Shown: one piece after another, positions 40,480 to 53,950 of the stretch | Layout: each line of letters starts with the position of its first letter | Numbering within the stretch: the first letter of the stretch is position 1 | Source of the DNA: Eledone cirrhosa | Lineage: Eukaryota | Reading direction: 5' to 3' | NCBI GenBank assembly: GCA_964016885.1 | Contig: OZ024742.1 | Span: 221,712,001-221,776,000, forward strand | Length of the DNA stretch: 64,000 bases | The notes under the pieces: model-generated | What the model saw: only the letters and a program-made list of their open reading frames with translations | Told to the model about the DNA's origin: nothing | Databases searched by the model: none | Made by a program: the position numbers and the translations under genes

Positions 40480-41270
40480 TTACGAGGAAAGCTGAGAATA
40501 AGAGGAATTGAATGTAGTTTGCAAGAGAGACGATTGCATTGGTATGGCCGTGTGATACATAAAGGGAGCAAGGGTTGTATAAAAAGGTACCGAAAGCTCA
40601 GTGGATAGAACCTGTAGGAGATGAAGGAAGAAATGGGATGAAGTTATGAAGAATGATCTCAAGAAACTGAACCTCATGAAGGTGATGACTCAAGACCAAG
40701 CTGACTGGTGATATGCCATAATGCAAAAGACCTGTCCACTAGTACAAGCATTGTGACTCTGAGAATAATTTGGTGGAGATCAGAGACTATAGGGTTTCAG
40801 AGTACTTTACAGTTTAGATGAACATATGACAACCTCTTTAGTGCTGGTGCCACAAAAAATGCACTCATGACATCATACTTATCACTTCATCGCACCTGCC
40901 ATCCTATTTCCCCCTCCCCTTCAAGGTTGAGAGGGCTGTTCAATTGATTCAATGACTGAAAACGTCCCTAGTGCTGGTTTCATGATAAAATGTACCCAGT
41001 TGGTGTTAGGAAGAGCATCCAGCCATAGAAAACTTGCCAAACAAAGAGTGCGGAGGGCACTTCAGTTGTCTCAAGGACATAATTTCTTTAGTACTGGTTC
41101 CACAACAATTGGCATGTCACACACTCTGTAGAATGTGGGAATGTATGTAAGCGAGATGAGATCCTAGCCTATCTGAGAGATTTGTGGCTCTGATTAAGTA
41201 TTGACTTGGTCTGTGATGACTCATTTAACCCTGCTAGCAAAAAAAATGGATGTGAAATGATGATGATGTA
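40480..41270 (+). mobile_element. Decayed RTE LINE 3' end
   Basis: LRGKLRIRGIECSLQERRLHWYGRV; same 3' tail as 38005-38885. Confidence 0.65.
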
Positions 41271-41653
41271 ATGTATGTATCATCATCATCATTGTTTAAC
41301 GTCCATTTTCAACGCTAGCATGGGTTGGACGGTTTTGTCCCACTTGAGGTGAGATTGGTCGGGAGACAGTGTCTTGCTCATACAGATCTGTTTCTGGCAG
41401 GTTTTCTATGGCTGGATGCCCTTCCTAACACCAACTGGGTACATGTATATGTGTTTGCCATGATTATATCTTATAATTTAGTGAATTGACATAAAAGAGA
41501 TAGATGAAATAAGTACCAGGCTTGAAAAAATAAGTAATGGGTCAATATGATCAGTTAAATCGAGGTGGTGCTCCAGCATGGCTGTAGTCTAATGACTAAA
41601 GCCAGTAAAAATATAAAAGAATAATTCTGTATTTTTTCTTCCTCTTTTTTCAG

Positions 41654-41739
41654 GCCTTTATCAAGGGTGCCAATGTTCTCTTCTTCTCCTGTGTGTTTTA
41701 TCACTTTTTGGCTGTTTGTTTTGGGGCTCCCCTGTTCAC
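41654..41739 (+). CDS. PIGF: PIG-F coding exon 2
   Basis: TTTTTCAG|AFIKGANVLFFSCVFYHFLAVCFGAPLF|GTAAGT; FGAPL motif. Confidence 0.9.
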
Positions 41740-42193
41740 GTAAGTATCGGATGTCACATTTTATCTTCTGTCAGAGAAAATACATGTTGTTATGATTTTT
41801 GCTCAGGTTTTCTGTACCCTGAGTTCAAAGCATGCTGCAGTTAACTTTGCCTTTCATCGAGGACAGCAGATTGATAGAATTGGATAAAATGGCTTTGTAT
41901 TATTAGTTCTTCACACTTAGTTCAAATCCTGCCAAAATCAACTTTGTTTTCTCCTTTTCTAGGTTGAATAAATAAACTAGCAACTCAGGGGCAGTGGATT
42001 GGTGCAATTGGTTGAGCATTAGATGAGATACCTTGTGGTATTTGTCCCAGTTTGTTGTGTTCTAGGTTCTTGAGTGATAGACTTAATCCGTCACCTGGTT
42101 TAACATCACCCTGTTTCTCCAGTCCACCAATTCTAATATTCCCTATTAATAACTTCTTACGTTAGATACCTTCTTCCCTTCCTCTAATTGTAG

Positions 42194-42310
42194 ACACACC
42201 AGTGAAACATTCCATTTTGCAATGTTACTCTCCTGTTGTACATTCTTACCAATATTGGCCTCCATTGGTACCAACTTTAGTTCATGGCTGAAAATATTTG
42301 TTGAGAACAG
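42194..42310 (+). CDS. PIGF: PIG-F coding exon 3
   Basis: TAG|HTSETFHFAMLLSCCTFLPILASIGTNFSSWLKIFVEN|GTGAGT; 117 bp, phase 2-2. Confidence 0.92.
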
Positions 42311-43117
42311 GTGAGTACACTATCATTTTCTCTTTCTACCATCACAAAAGTTCTCTGGCATATTAACCTTTCTTTTATCATATTTCTAATGAAAAACACT
42401 GCCTAAAGTTTTCAAGTTATTTTTTAAATAATCAAGAATTTGGCAGGAAATAGTAATGTAACTAACTTTGCAATATAATTTAACAAAGATTAAGTACAAT
42501 TACGATAAGATTTTAGATAAATATAAAAATGTTAACCTTTTCATTACCATATTTCTAATGAAAAACTCTATTATTTAAAATAATTTTGAAAATAATCAAG
42601 AGTTTGAAGGGATTTAGTAATATAGTTAACTTTCTCATTATAAAGTTGATGTTTGGAATATAACTTAACAGAGGTTCTTACATAAAATTATGATGGAAGC
42701 TTTTTAGATAACTATAAACATTTAAAATCAGTGTTGTATCATAGAACCAGAGATGATTTCATGTGGTTTGGTATCAAAAGAGTTAAACTAAAACAATTAC
42801 ATCATAAATACATCAATATAGTTATATAACGTACACACACCATTGATTTAAAATGTTATATGTACTTGTGTATGTTAGATCAGTGGTTCCCAAATTTTTT
42901 TTCTCTGGGCCGCATTTTCACAATGAAAATTTGCTTGTGTCTCACCAAATTTTATGTGATAAAAAGTACATGATTAACTTTAAAGTACCCTAGCATGGCC
43001 ATGGCTTAATGACTGAAACAATTACATCATAAATACATCAATATGGCTTGTTTCACACAGATTTAAAATAGCAAATCATTTAATCATTTAAAAAATGTTT
43101 CTTCTCTTTCTAAACAG

Positions 43118-43226
43118 CCCAGATGATGGTTGTGAACAGGTGGCCTATATTTTGTTTATATGTAGCATCATTGGTGCCTGGTTAGGGGCTTTCCCCATTC
43201 CTCTTGACTGGGACAGACCATGGCAG
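43118..43226 (+). CDS. PIGF: PIG-F coding exon 4
   Basis: CAG|..[21 protein letters not shown]|GTAAAG, the PIG-F/Gpi11 signature. Confidence 0.96.
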
Positions 43227-44440
43227 GTAAAGTATTAATAGCTTGTTGACGTTTTTGTTGTTGTTACTGTTCACACCTATGCAAGTTTTACCAACTTTCA
43301 CTCCTATCATGTTGCTGTTACAGCTCACATCTATATAGGTTTTACCAATTTTTTATGAGGTTGCATCTCACAGGAAGTGTCTGCGGTAGGAGGATTTAAA
43401 CTCTCAACATCCTCTAATGGTTTGGCAGAAAATATCTAAATGTCTTTTTCTTCTTCTTTGCCCACTTATTCCTGGGAGAGTTATGAGACCAGAGTCCTCA
43501 AACATGCCTTCCAGCAGGTCCTATCATAAGCAACCATCTCCAATTGATTCAAGTGAGACCAGCCAAGTTCATGGATGTTATCCAACCATCTTGCTCGGGG
43601 TCTACCCCTGGGTCTCCTGTCAGTTGGATTTGGCTATAAAATCTGTCCAGTGATACTTTCCTGAGATATTCTAACCACGTCTGTAATATTGGAGCTGTGA
43701 TCCCTCAATTCGGTGAAGCAGTGGCTCTACCCGGTGCAACTCTCTGATCTCCAAGCTACGCACTCTATCGAGTAATGTTACTCCAAAGACACTTTGGAGG
43801 AACCCCATTTCTGTCACTTGTATTTGTGATTGTATTCTTTCAGATATCTAAATGTGACTTTGTTAATTCAAATGTTTATAATATTGATAAGATATTGATA
43901 AAATAAGTACCAGATTTAAAAAGAAAAACGATTAGGGTGATATGATCTTATGAATTTCAGTGTCCCAGCATGGCCAGTCTAATGACTGAAACCAGTAAAA
44001 GAATTTAAAAAATTAATACATTTGAAATTTTCTTTCAACTATTTTAACTCTTAACATCCTGTAATGATTTAGAAGAAAATGTTTAAAACTGAATTTGTTA
44101 ATTCAAATGTTTATCATATCTTTACTACTGGATAGATTATTGTGAATATGTGCAGTATTAGAGTAAAGACTTAAATGTTCAATGTTATGCAGCTTAGTGT
44201 TGTTTTGTACTTTTTAAGAATGTCTTGCTAATGTGTAACGTGGTTTGTTAATTCAAATGTTTATAGTATCTTTATTAGTGGACATGTCATTGTAAAAATG
44301 CACAGTATTAGAGTAAAAATTTTAATTTGTAATGTGATGTAGTCATAGTGTTGTTTTGTACTTTTCAAGAATGTCTTGCAAATGTAGTTTCATGTGGTAC
44401 AGGACGTTAAGAATTAAAACACATTTTCCTTTTATTGCAG

Positions 44441-44551
44441 GTGTGGCCAATTAGTTGTGAAATTGGTACCTTATGTGGTTACGTGATTGGATTGGTTGTG
44501 AGTTCAGGATTAATGTTCCGCAGATCTAGGAAAGTTCACAAACTAGTATAA
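44441..44551 (+). CDS. PIGF: PIG-F last coding exon
   Basis: TTGCAG|VWPISCEIGTLCGYVIGLVVSSGLMFRRSRKVHKLV*; spliced CDS is 669 nt (222 aa). Confidence 0.93.
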   Translation: MWPISCEIGTLCGYVIGLVVSSGLMFRRSRKVHKLV

Positions 44552-47500
44552 ACATCCACTGACTTATTACATCATCATCGTCAAAACAGTTCACATATAT
44601 ATTCAAATTACAGAGACATCACACACAAAAATGTTTACATAACGCTTTTGTTATAAAGGAATTCCATATTTATTCAGTTTTTGATTAACCTCTTTTATTC
44701 TTTTACCAGTTCCAGCCTATAGTCTGTAGCCATGCTGGAGCACCTTTTTAACCCTTTAGCATTTAAACCAGCCATATCCAGCCACAATTCTCTCACCTCT
44801 TTCTGTTCAAACTGGCTGTAACCAGCCACTCATACTGATGTTAAGGTATTGTTCTCAAAATAAATAATATCAAAATCTCATAGATTCAATATTGTATGAG
44901 ATATATATGTAAGGTAATGCCTTTACCATGAAAATATAGTAGTATATATAGAGTAATGTAAATGCTAAAAGGTTAAGGTGGTAGTGCTGGTACTATTGAA
45001 ATGCACTCAGTCTACTCTGTAAAGTGGTCATATTGGTGCTATGACAAAACGCACCCGGCCCATCTTGTAAGATAGTTGTACTTGTACCATAGCAAAAAGC
45101 ACCCAGTCTACTCTGTAAGGTGGTAGTGCTGGTGCCACGAAAAAAGCTCCCAGTACATGCTGGTTGGTGTTAGGAAGAACAACTAGCTTTAGAAAACCAA
45201 GCCTGAAAATGGGTGAGCAAGACGTGGTCACCTGACCTGTCTGGCGTCGTAACATAATTGTCCATTTAACCCATGCAAGTGTGGAAAATGGATAGTGATG
45301 ATGATGGGATGGGAATCTTTCAATTGCAATCTGTCAGTCTCTCTTGTAAAATCTACTTGGTTCTTTCCATCCATATATTTTTGCTGAGAGATTTCAGTGT
45401 AAAGAAGCTGCTGTAGAGGAAGGCTTGGCCAGAGTGGGTGAAAGCTGATCTCAAAATGTTGATACCTCAAAGGGGAAATGACAAAGGAATGCAATGAGTG
45501 GAGGATGACTGTGTTGGAAGATCCCCCCCCCCCCCAAAAAAAAAAAGAACTGTTCAACCCATGCAAGCATTGAAAAACTGACAAAACAATGATGATGTTC
45601 ATAATGATGGCAATTGTGATGGTGGCAGTGGTGGTGATGATTTTAACCCTTCAACTGATATACTTTAGGGGTTATAAACCCTAAGGTGAACATAATTGGT
45701 TTTGACATCTGAGTTTGATTCCCACAGACACTTCTGTCAACTCTTTTTTTTCCAGCTGCAAGGCTTTATTTAGCCTAACTCATTTAACTATTATATAGTT
45801 AAATATTTAAACATGTACTGTAGCCACTTTAATAACCTAACATACTTTCAAAATCTGAAATATCCTAATTTTGACCTAGTTGAACCTCTTTTAGCTTCAA
45901 TGTATATATAACCAGCAATCATTCTATTGAGAATATAACATTGAAAGATATCACAGATTGTTTTATTGTAATTAAATGTTAAGATAATTATATAAACTAG
46001 GATTTCTTTCAAGACACTGACTAATATGTGTGTATGTGCATATGCATACGTTTATATGTATGAGTATATAAATATAAACGTGCAAACACATTTACAAAAA
46101 TACACACTCAGACAAACATTCACACAAACACAGCATAACAAATGGAAAGCCAGCCGCTATTTTGCTATACTTTTTTCACCACCCCTTCCTTCCCTTTACA
46201 CACATACATTCACACAGGCAGCAGACGCAAAGGGAGAGAATTAGTATGAGGTAGTCAAACTACTCTCTCTTTACGTGTTGTGACAGAATCACAGAAATTT
46301 ATATAGTGTTAATTAGCCTTGTTAACAAACCTGATTAAGTTCTCTATATCTAGCCAACTTCTATAGATGGTGAATTGGTAGTGTGTTGGTAGATTGGTAG
46401 AATGGTAGTAAAGTATTGGTAGAGTGGACGTAGATTAGTAGAATGGTGGTAGTATATTGGTAGATTGATAGAGTGGTCGTAGTGTGTTGGTAAATAGGTA
46501 GAGTGGTGGAAGAGTGGTCGTAGATTGTTTAAGTGGTGGGTGGTAGTGTATCGATAGAGCAGTGGTAGTGTGCCAGTAGAGTGGCTAGAGTCGTGGTAGA
46601 TCATTTGAATGGTAGTATGTGTTCCAGTAGAATGTAGAGTGGTAGTAGTGTGTTGGTAGATTAGTAGAATTGTTTGAGGAGTAGTAAAACGGCAGAGAAA
46701 ATATATATCAATATGAAAAATTTGTAATTCCCAGTAATAATCCTACAAGGGAAATAACTCCTGCTTAAGGATGTGTGTGTTCAGTATAATCGCAGTTTGT
46801 AACCTGGTCACAATTCCAATATATTACAATGGAACTTAGTAACGGATCGCAAAAGAATGCACCCTCCTCAAAAAAAAAAAAAGATGATAAATGTAAAGTA
46901 AATTTCACAATTTTTGTGATTTGAATAACTAAAATGTCTTCCACATTGTAACACTTTTAAAAAAATGATAATGTAAAATGAGTCGTTTGATTGAGACTTT
47001 ATTGAAAATAATTCATTCGCTCTTTCCCTCAATATAGATATTGCAAGGAAGGTGGGGCAGTCACTGGATCCGTAGCCAAACGGAATAAACTACGGAAATA
47101 GTGTGATTTATCTATAAACTTCAGTTTCCAGGAAATGGCATTCATGACATACGGAGAGGGAGTGCATTACCAACGAGATTGTCTTTGTTGGCGGCATGCT
47201 GTACTGAAATATCAGGTAATGCTGGGCTATTCCCGCACCGTAACCTTGCTATCACCCGACCTTACTGAAGTATCATGTGATGCTGGTGAGGGCTCATAGC
47301 TATTCCGACACCTTAGCCTTACTATCAAACGGCCTTACTGAAGTGTAAAGGGATATTTGTGACTGTGTTTGGCACTCCGGCATCTTAACTTCTATATCAG
47401 GCGACTTTTCTGAAATATCAAGTGATATTGAGGAGGGTGCTTGGTTATTCCAGCGCCTTGGTCTCGGATTGACTCGTGGTAATGTCGTGTCATGGCTTTT

Positions 47501-47876
47501 CTCAAATGTTTTTTGGAGGCAACACCAACATTCCTCCCCCTGTTGTGGTATGTAATTCGGTGTGCATGTCTTCTCTCGGTGGGGTTTTTTCCCGTCAAGG
47601 CTAATTTTTATTGGTTTATTTCGTAAATCACCTTTATTATTTTAGCGTCAGACACCATGCTTTGCAACATAGAGTTATGGCCCTTTATGTTCTGTGTTCA
47701 AATCCCGCTGATGTTATCTTTGCCTTTCATCCTTACGGAGTCGATAAAATAAAGTACCAGTAATGCACTGTGTCATTGCTGGCCTTGTGCCAAAAAGTAG
47801 AAACAATTATTTTATAAATCCTCTTTAAAATTCGAAAATGCTGATGAGTAAAAGTTACCTCCCTTCGGAATATGCT

Positions 47877-47889
47877 ATTGCCTAGCAAC
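47877..47889 (+). promoter_or_regulatory. RFX X-box-like motif
   Basis: ATTGCCTAGCAAC (one mismatch to GTTGCCTAGCAAC), about 240 bp upstream of the ATG at 48129. Confidence 0.5.
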
Positions 47890-48128
47890 CTAGTCTTAGC
47901 TCAATATTTGTCTAAGTCGAACACGAGGTTTTATGATCCTGTAAATAAGGTGTTATACTAGAGTTTAGAGAACCTCACAGATTTCATAACAGGTCTTGTA
48001 ACGAACCGCAACAACTTAGTAGAAACTTAACAACCGCCTTATTGCAGTTTCGATCGTTCGACACACGAGTTAATAGCTCCCAGTTAATCACCTATTAATT
48101 CACCCAGTTTGTCTCTATTAAGTCGTGG

Positions 48129-48178
48129 ATGGCAGATTACAAAACGGAAGAAGCTATATGGAGCCGTATTCAACAAAA
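48129..48178 (+). CDS. Unidentified gene, putative coding exon 1
   Basis: MADYKTEEAIWSRIQQ+AA|GTAAAG; phase 2 matches the exon at 53822. Confidence 0.55.
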
Positions 48179-49829
48179 GTAAAGTATTCTTGGCGTTCTT
48201 TTAAGCATCACAGAAACACGGCAATCTCCGTACATAGCCGAGAGTGCTCTTCCAAACCCCATTCTAAGCCTTACCTTAACCCTAACCCAAGACATAACCC
48301 TACACTCCAACCGTGAACTGTAACCTTAAACCTAACATAATCTTCAATCTTAAACCTAACCCTATCCCCTAAACCTGAAACCCCACTCCATCCACGACAC
48401 CGAACCCTAACCCTAACGATAATTTTGGATAAATCATTTCTGATTATATTATCGTATTTATATTAATTTATCATGGGAAGGGGCTATCCTGGAGAATCAT
48501 CTTTTGTTTAGTGTTTTTATGTATCACAGAAATTCAGTAATCTCCCGCAATCTCCGTGCATACGGACAACAGATGTTTTAAAGCCATTTTGCGTGATATC
48601 CTTGCGAGCTCCATGACAAGCGTCTCTATTTTGCCCTATCGTCTGCATCCCCACCTCATGACGTAAAAGATTACTAAAATCATTGGCGACAGGAAAGGCA
48701 TCTGACCGTTAAATATAGCCACTAAATGACCTCATCATGGGTATAATAGTATAATAACATAATCAGACTAATGATTGATCTGTATGTCTAAATTCCAAAA
48801 TGAAAAATTAATTGATATTAACTCTTAACATCGTGCAACAATTGAAACCTCATTAGCAAAACACACTTTCAAAAATACAAAGCATCATAATAACTGCATC
48901 ATTAAAAATAAAAATCTTTACCTTAACACTGAACATTTTCACAACGATCTGTCTACTAATAAAAATACTATAAACATGTGAATTAACAAACCCACTTTTT
49001 AATTTTTTCTGCTAAAATCATTACAGGATGTTAAGAGTTAATGAACGTAAAATTTAATTATGTTTAAAATGAAATTATATTTGATCATTGTAATATCTAT
49101 GAAAGAAAATTATTGTAATTGATTTTGATGATTGTAAAATGAAATGATGTTGAGTAATAATATCTAATGTATTTCATAAATGCATTTGATAATATGTGTA
49201 GTGATCGTTGAATATTTTTGATACGTAAAAGATACTTAAAACGAAAGAATGACATATTCTTCAGCCATAATCAGTATCCAGACATCAGTTAAAATTTTGC
49301 GAGATACACTATGCACTTTATTTGTCATGCCAAAGACACTTAATTGCTGATGGAATCGTAGGGGCGGCGTCGTATTTCACGGCGTATCTTGGGCATTTAA
49401 ATGTGGCGAAACCTACACCCCTTCAGGTTTGAACCCAGCCAGCCTCTGCCAATTCACTGCCTGATGCACTATACTGAGTATATTTTAGATCAGTATAACG
49501 TTCTGAGCTCGAATCACACCGAGGTCAACTTTGCCTTTCGTCCCTTTGGAAGATAGACGTTAAACAATGATGATGAAAGTATAGACTGATGAATCTAACA
49601 ATTGCTTACAAGAAAAAAAAAAATAAAGCAATATAAGGGAGACAATCCTTTAATATATTAATAGTTATGGTTTGAGTTCAAATCCCGCCGAGGTTAACTT
49701 TGCCTTTCATCCTTACGGGGTCGGTAAAATAAAGTACCAGTAATACACTGGGATAATTGCTGGCCTTGTGCCAAACGTAGAAACAATATATTAATAGTTA
49801 TTTCCCTTCAATAATTTATTTTGGTACCA

Positions 49830-51045
49830 TTATATCATCCGGGTGTGCTTATTGCACAGATCGCTATGACTCATTCTCTCCAGCCTATTCGGGCTGCCAT
49901 TGCTCGTGGTAAGTCTTCTAGGGTTCACTCAGAATCCTCACACAGTTGCTTTATGTAGGTTCGATGTGGTCTACCAACATTTGTGTACCCATGCTTCGGT
50001 TCTCAAAGGAGAACATCTCCAGCAACGTCCAGCAAATTCTTTCTCTGATATTGGTTGTCATTTACCATGGAGAAGTTCTTTCATAGAGTGTTGTCTCCAG
50101 CATTCTTGTATAAGTTCTTTCAATTTTTCTTTTCAAGACGCTTTGTTAGAATCCATGTTGTACACCCATATAACAGAACTGACTGCATAACCACTTGAAA
50201 GAAATCACGTTTCAAATTTAATGGAAGCTTAGATTTCCAGACCATTGATAATTTATTTAAATTAGCCCAGACTTTACTGATTCGGATATGAACATCATAT
50301 CCAGACAGATCATCCTTTGCAATTTTACTTCCAAGTGCTTTTGTGTCATTTGGGTATGTGAATGTCCACTGCTTGCAAACTCGCTTTTGATATCTTGTGT
50401 TAAGACAGATGAGACCATTGTCAGATATGAATTCATACAGGTATTCTCCATTCCAATTAGTTGTTTCATTGCAGCTGTATTTGTATTCATTCTTTGCAAG
50501 GTGAGCATTCATATCTCCTCCTATAAGCAAGACATTATGACAAGGTGTTTGTATCACAAGAGAAGAGAGTTCATGGTAGAACATGACAACCTCTATTTCA
50601 TCAGAGACATTTGTTGGACAGTAGCAAAGATATAACAGAGATGTGTGTGTTTCTGTTAAAGGATGGATCAATACTGTTGAGCAAGCAGAGACCATGGGGA
50701 CTGAGTAGCATTCCTACACCTCCCAGTGTAGAGTTATTAGAGTCTTGTCATGCTGAAGCTGAGATAAAGGCCCATCCATTTCCAACATCATCATGATATT
50801 TTAGTTCGAGATTACTGTGATGAAACAGTTTCTTTTATACAACTTATACTGGTATTTTGCTTGACAGCTGATGCAGTAAGTTCTGGTAACTGATTTATGG
50901 GGTTTAATGTTCAGACATTGAAAGTGGAAACGTTGAAATACTTTTTACATTTTAAAAGGTTTGGTTTTGAGTTTAACTTCATTGCTGACTTTTCAAACAC
51001 TGTAGCGAAAGTCACAACCTCAGCAGGACATGCTCCTTTAAACGT
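49830..51045 (-). mobile_element. Internally deleted RTE-like LINE (APE endonuclease joined to post-RT C-terminus)
   Basis: STFNV, YCPTN, LLIGGDMNAH, NGEYL..F..NGL..NT.YQK..WTF then directly LGS..DVHIRISK.W..L..VWKS..SVLLYGCTTW. Confidence 0.8.
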
Positions 51046-51046
51046 C

Positions 51047-51325
51047 TGATATGAGAAAGGTCATGATTATCTATCATTGGTTGAATATTCCATCTACGAA
51101 TGCTATACTTATAGATGTGGCAGTAGTTACCTTACTAAACTGGGTGGCCCTGGCAATTGACTTTGCAAGTTCTTCCACCCAATGTCTTGTGTGTTTCACC
51201 TCTGGCAAAGTCAATGGCTAGGGCCACCCAGTTTAGTAAGGCAACTACTGCAACATCTATATGTGTGTGACATTTGTAGATGGAATATTCAGCTAATGAT
51301 AGATTATCATCACCCTTTCTCATAC
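51047..51325. repeat. Imperfect inverted repeat, arms about 120 bp, loop about 35 bp
   Basis: ATGAGAAAGG..CCTTACTAAACTGGGTGGCCCT..TTGACTTTGC versus GCAAAGTCAA..AGGGCCACCCAGTTTAGTAAGG..CCTTTCTCAT. Confidence 0.85.
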
Positions 51326-53821
51326 TATATCACTCTCTTATATATATATATATATCATCATCATCGTTTTACGTCCGTTCTTCCACGCTAGCATGGGTTA
51401 GACACTGTTGCGGGCAGTGTCCAGTCGGCTGACCTTGTCTTGCTCATACAGCAACTGATTCTGGCTCGAATTCTACAGCTGAATACCCTTCCTAACACCA
51501 ACCTCATTTACAGTGAGTGGTGGGTGCTTTTTTCTGTGGCGCCTACATGTCCACTTTACAGTGTGGGCTGGGTGCTTTTTTGCCGTGGCACCTCCATGAC
51601 CACTTTACAGTGGGAGGGTGTGGGGGCATATTGTCTATATGCTTCAGCTTCGGCTTGTTCCTGTGGGTGGCCGGGTCTTCTGTATTACTGCGTGACGCCA
51701 TATATATATATATAAATTAAGTATTTCTGTAGGAAAGGTAAAGGAAAAGAGAGTGCTCTATGTAGGCTACAGAGTTTTTTTTAGTTATGTAATAAATAAC
51801 ATAAGATAATTATTTCATTTACCAAAGATCGCACGTATATGTGTGTATTTGTATTTCCATGTAGACGCACATATACTTATGTGTGAATGCATATATTTAC
51901 GTACTATTATGTATATGCGTGAGTTTGTGTATGTGTATGTTTATGTATTTGGATATTTATATAGTTTTTCTCCTCAATTTTGCCCGTTATTTTATTTCAG
52001 CCTCACTTTCATTTATCCTAAACTCTGTTTTCAAATCCATATTACTATTCCATAATAAATAAATATTTATTTTGATGAATGAAGACAGACATAAGTATCT
52101 GTCTTCAAGAAACCATTGGTAAATGAAATAATTATCTTATGTTGTTTATTACATAACTATATATATATATAATTATTTATAAGATTTGAGTATTCTCAGC
52201 ACAGAAGTTAGCCGTTACCAGCTGTATACTATTTGCATAGTAAAATTTTGGGGGTTAAGATGTAACCACAAATTGAATGAAGAGTGTAGTAAGAGATGAG
52301 AAAAGAGGGGTTATTGGGAGAGAGGGGGGAGGAGGAGGCGAGGAGAAAAATGTGGACTAGAAGGGAGGTGGATTGGCAGTATTGGTAGAGCATCGGACAG
52401 CATGCTTTGCAGCATAAAGTTATATCCCTTTATGTTCAAATCTGAGTTCAAATCCTGATGAGGGTAACTTTGCCTTTATCCTAATGGGAGGAGTTGATAA
52501 AATAAAGTATTTGTAACATACTGTGGTCGATTTAATTGACTTTCCTTACCCCCAAATTGTTGGCCTTGTGCGTAAATCAGAAACCATTAAATGTAGAATG
52601 GTATGGGATCGCACCCGAGACCTAAAGATTGTAAAGCGAAATCTTTAACCATGTGTTTTAGGTACCCATGCAGTTACCAGCAGTATCCTCTCAACCCTCC
52701 TTCCTTCACTTGAACCAATGACTGCTGGAAGGAAAGAAGGCTACAGTATGCAAATTTGGTTGATTAACTCAACCTCAGTAGTTGACTGGTAGTTTATTTT
52801 ATCAACCTTGGAAAGATGTAAGGTAAACTTGACCTCAGCAGTATTTGGACTGAGAATGTAAAGAGCAATGGCATTTTATCTGCTCTATAAATTCTACCAA
52901 CCCATTATAATATTATAAAAGTCCAAATCCTGCAAAAGACAAATTTGTTTTTCATTCTTTCAAGATGGACAGATTTTACGAGCAAAACCAACCGGTAAGA
53001 GACGCAGGGGTAGACTCTGAGCAAGATGGTTGGATAACATCCATGAGCTTGGCTGGTCAAACTTGGGGATCCATCCTGAATAGTTGGAGTTGGTTGCTTC
53101 AGACAGGACCTGCTGGAAGGAGTGTTTAAGGACTCTCTCAGGAATAAGTGGGCGAAGAAGAAAAAAGATCCTTTCAGGGATTGTTAAAATAAAGTACCAG
53201 TCAATTACTGGGGTCAATTTAATCAACTTTACTGTTCCTCAAAATTGCTGGTCTTGTGCCTAAATTAGAAACCATAGTTACTTGGGATGATTATTTTTAA
53301 TATTGGTTTCTGATTTAAGCACACTGTCAGCAAATTTGGGGATGGGCAAAGTTGATTAAATCAATCCCAATACTTGATTGGTACTTTATCTTATTGATCC
53401 TAGAAAGGTGAAAGGCAAAGTTATCCATAACAGGATTTGAACTCAGAATGTAAAGAGTCACAAAAATACCACAATAGAATTTTAAAATAATAATAATAAT
53501 AATGAAAATGATTGTATACAATGCTCACGTACACTACAACTTATCAAAGGTACATGTATAGTACATAGAATAATGTACAAATGTCAGGAAAGTGAACAGT
53601 GTATGAGTCATGATATACACACAGATACATGTGTACATGGAGGGGGAATATCAGGTGTAGTGTTGGCGAATTTTGGAAAGCATGGAAGTGTTGGAGGATG
53701 CAGGGTCCCAACAACTAACAATGTGACTCTCTCCCAATTCTGCCAATCTACCACCCTTTGATAATTTTAAATATTAAGAATATTTTTGTGAATAACTTCG
53801 ATTTTTCACTTCCTTTTCAAG

Positions 53822-53950
53822 ATCAAATATTTATTTGAAGAAGAAGAATGCCCCGAGAAAAAGCAGCACAAGTGATGAAGTAAATATTACATGCCATCAT
53901 ACTCCTTTTGGTAAATACAGACCTAACATGGTACCGTCTCACAGACCAAT
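53822..53950 (+). CDS. Unidentified gene, coding exon 2
   Basis: TTTTCAAG|SNIYLKKKNAPRKSSTSDEV..PSHRP|GTAAGT; 129 bp, open, phase 2-2. Confidence 0.7.

Noticed and set aside
47132-47215. Candidate exon MAFMTYGEG..KYQ|GTAATG
   Set aside because: Ends in phase 0, incompatible with the exon at 53822, lies upstream of the RFX box/ATG, and has no recognisable similarity.
47840-47875. CTGATGAGTAA hammerhead-like start
   Set aside because: No correctly placed helix II/GAAA/helix III.
48260-48420. CCCTAA-like telomeric repeats
   Set aside because: Short and highly degenerate, intronic; not a true telomeric array.
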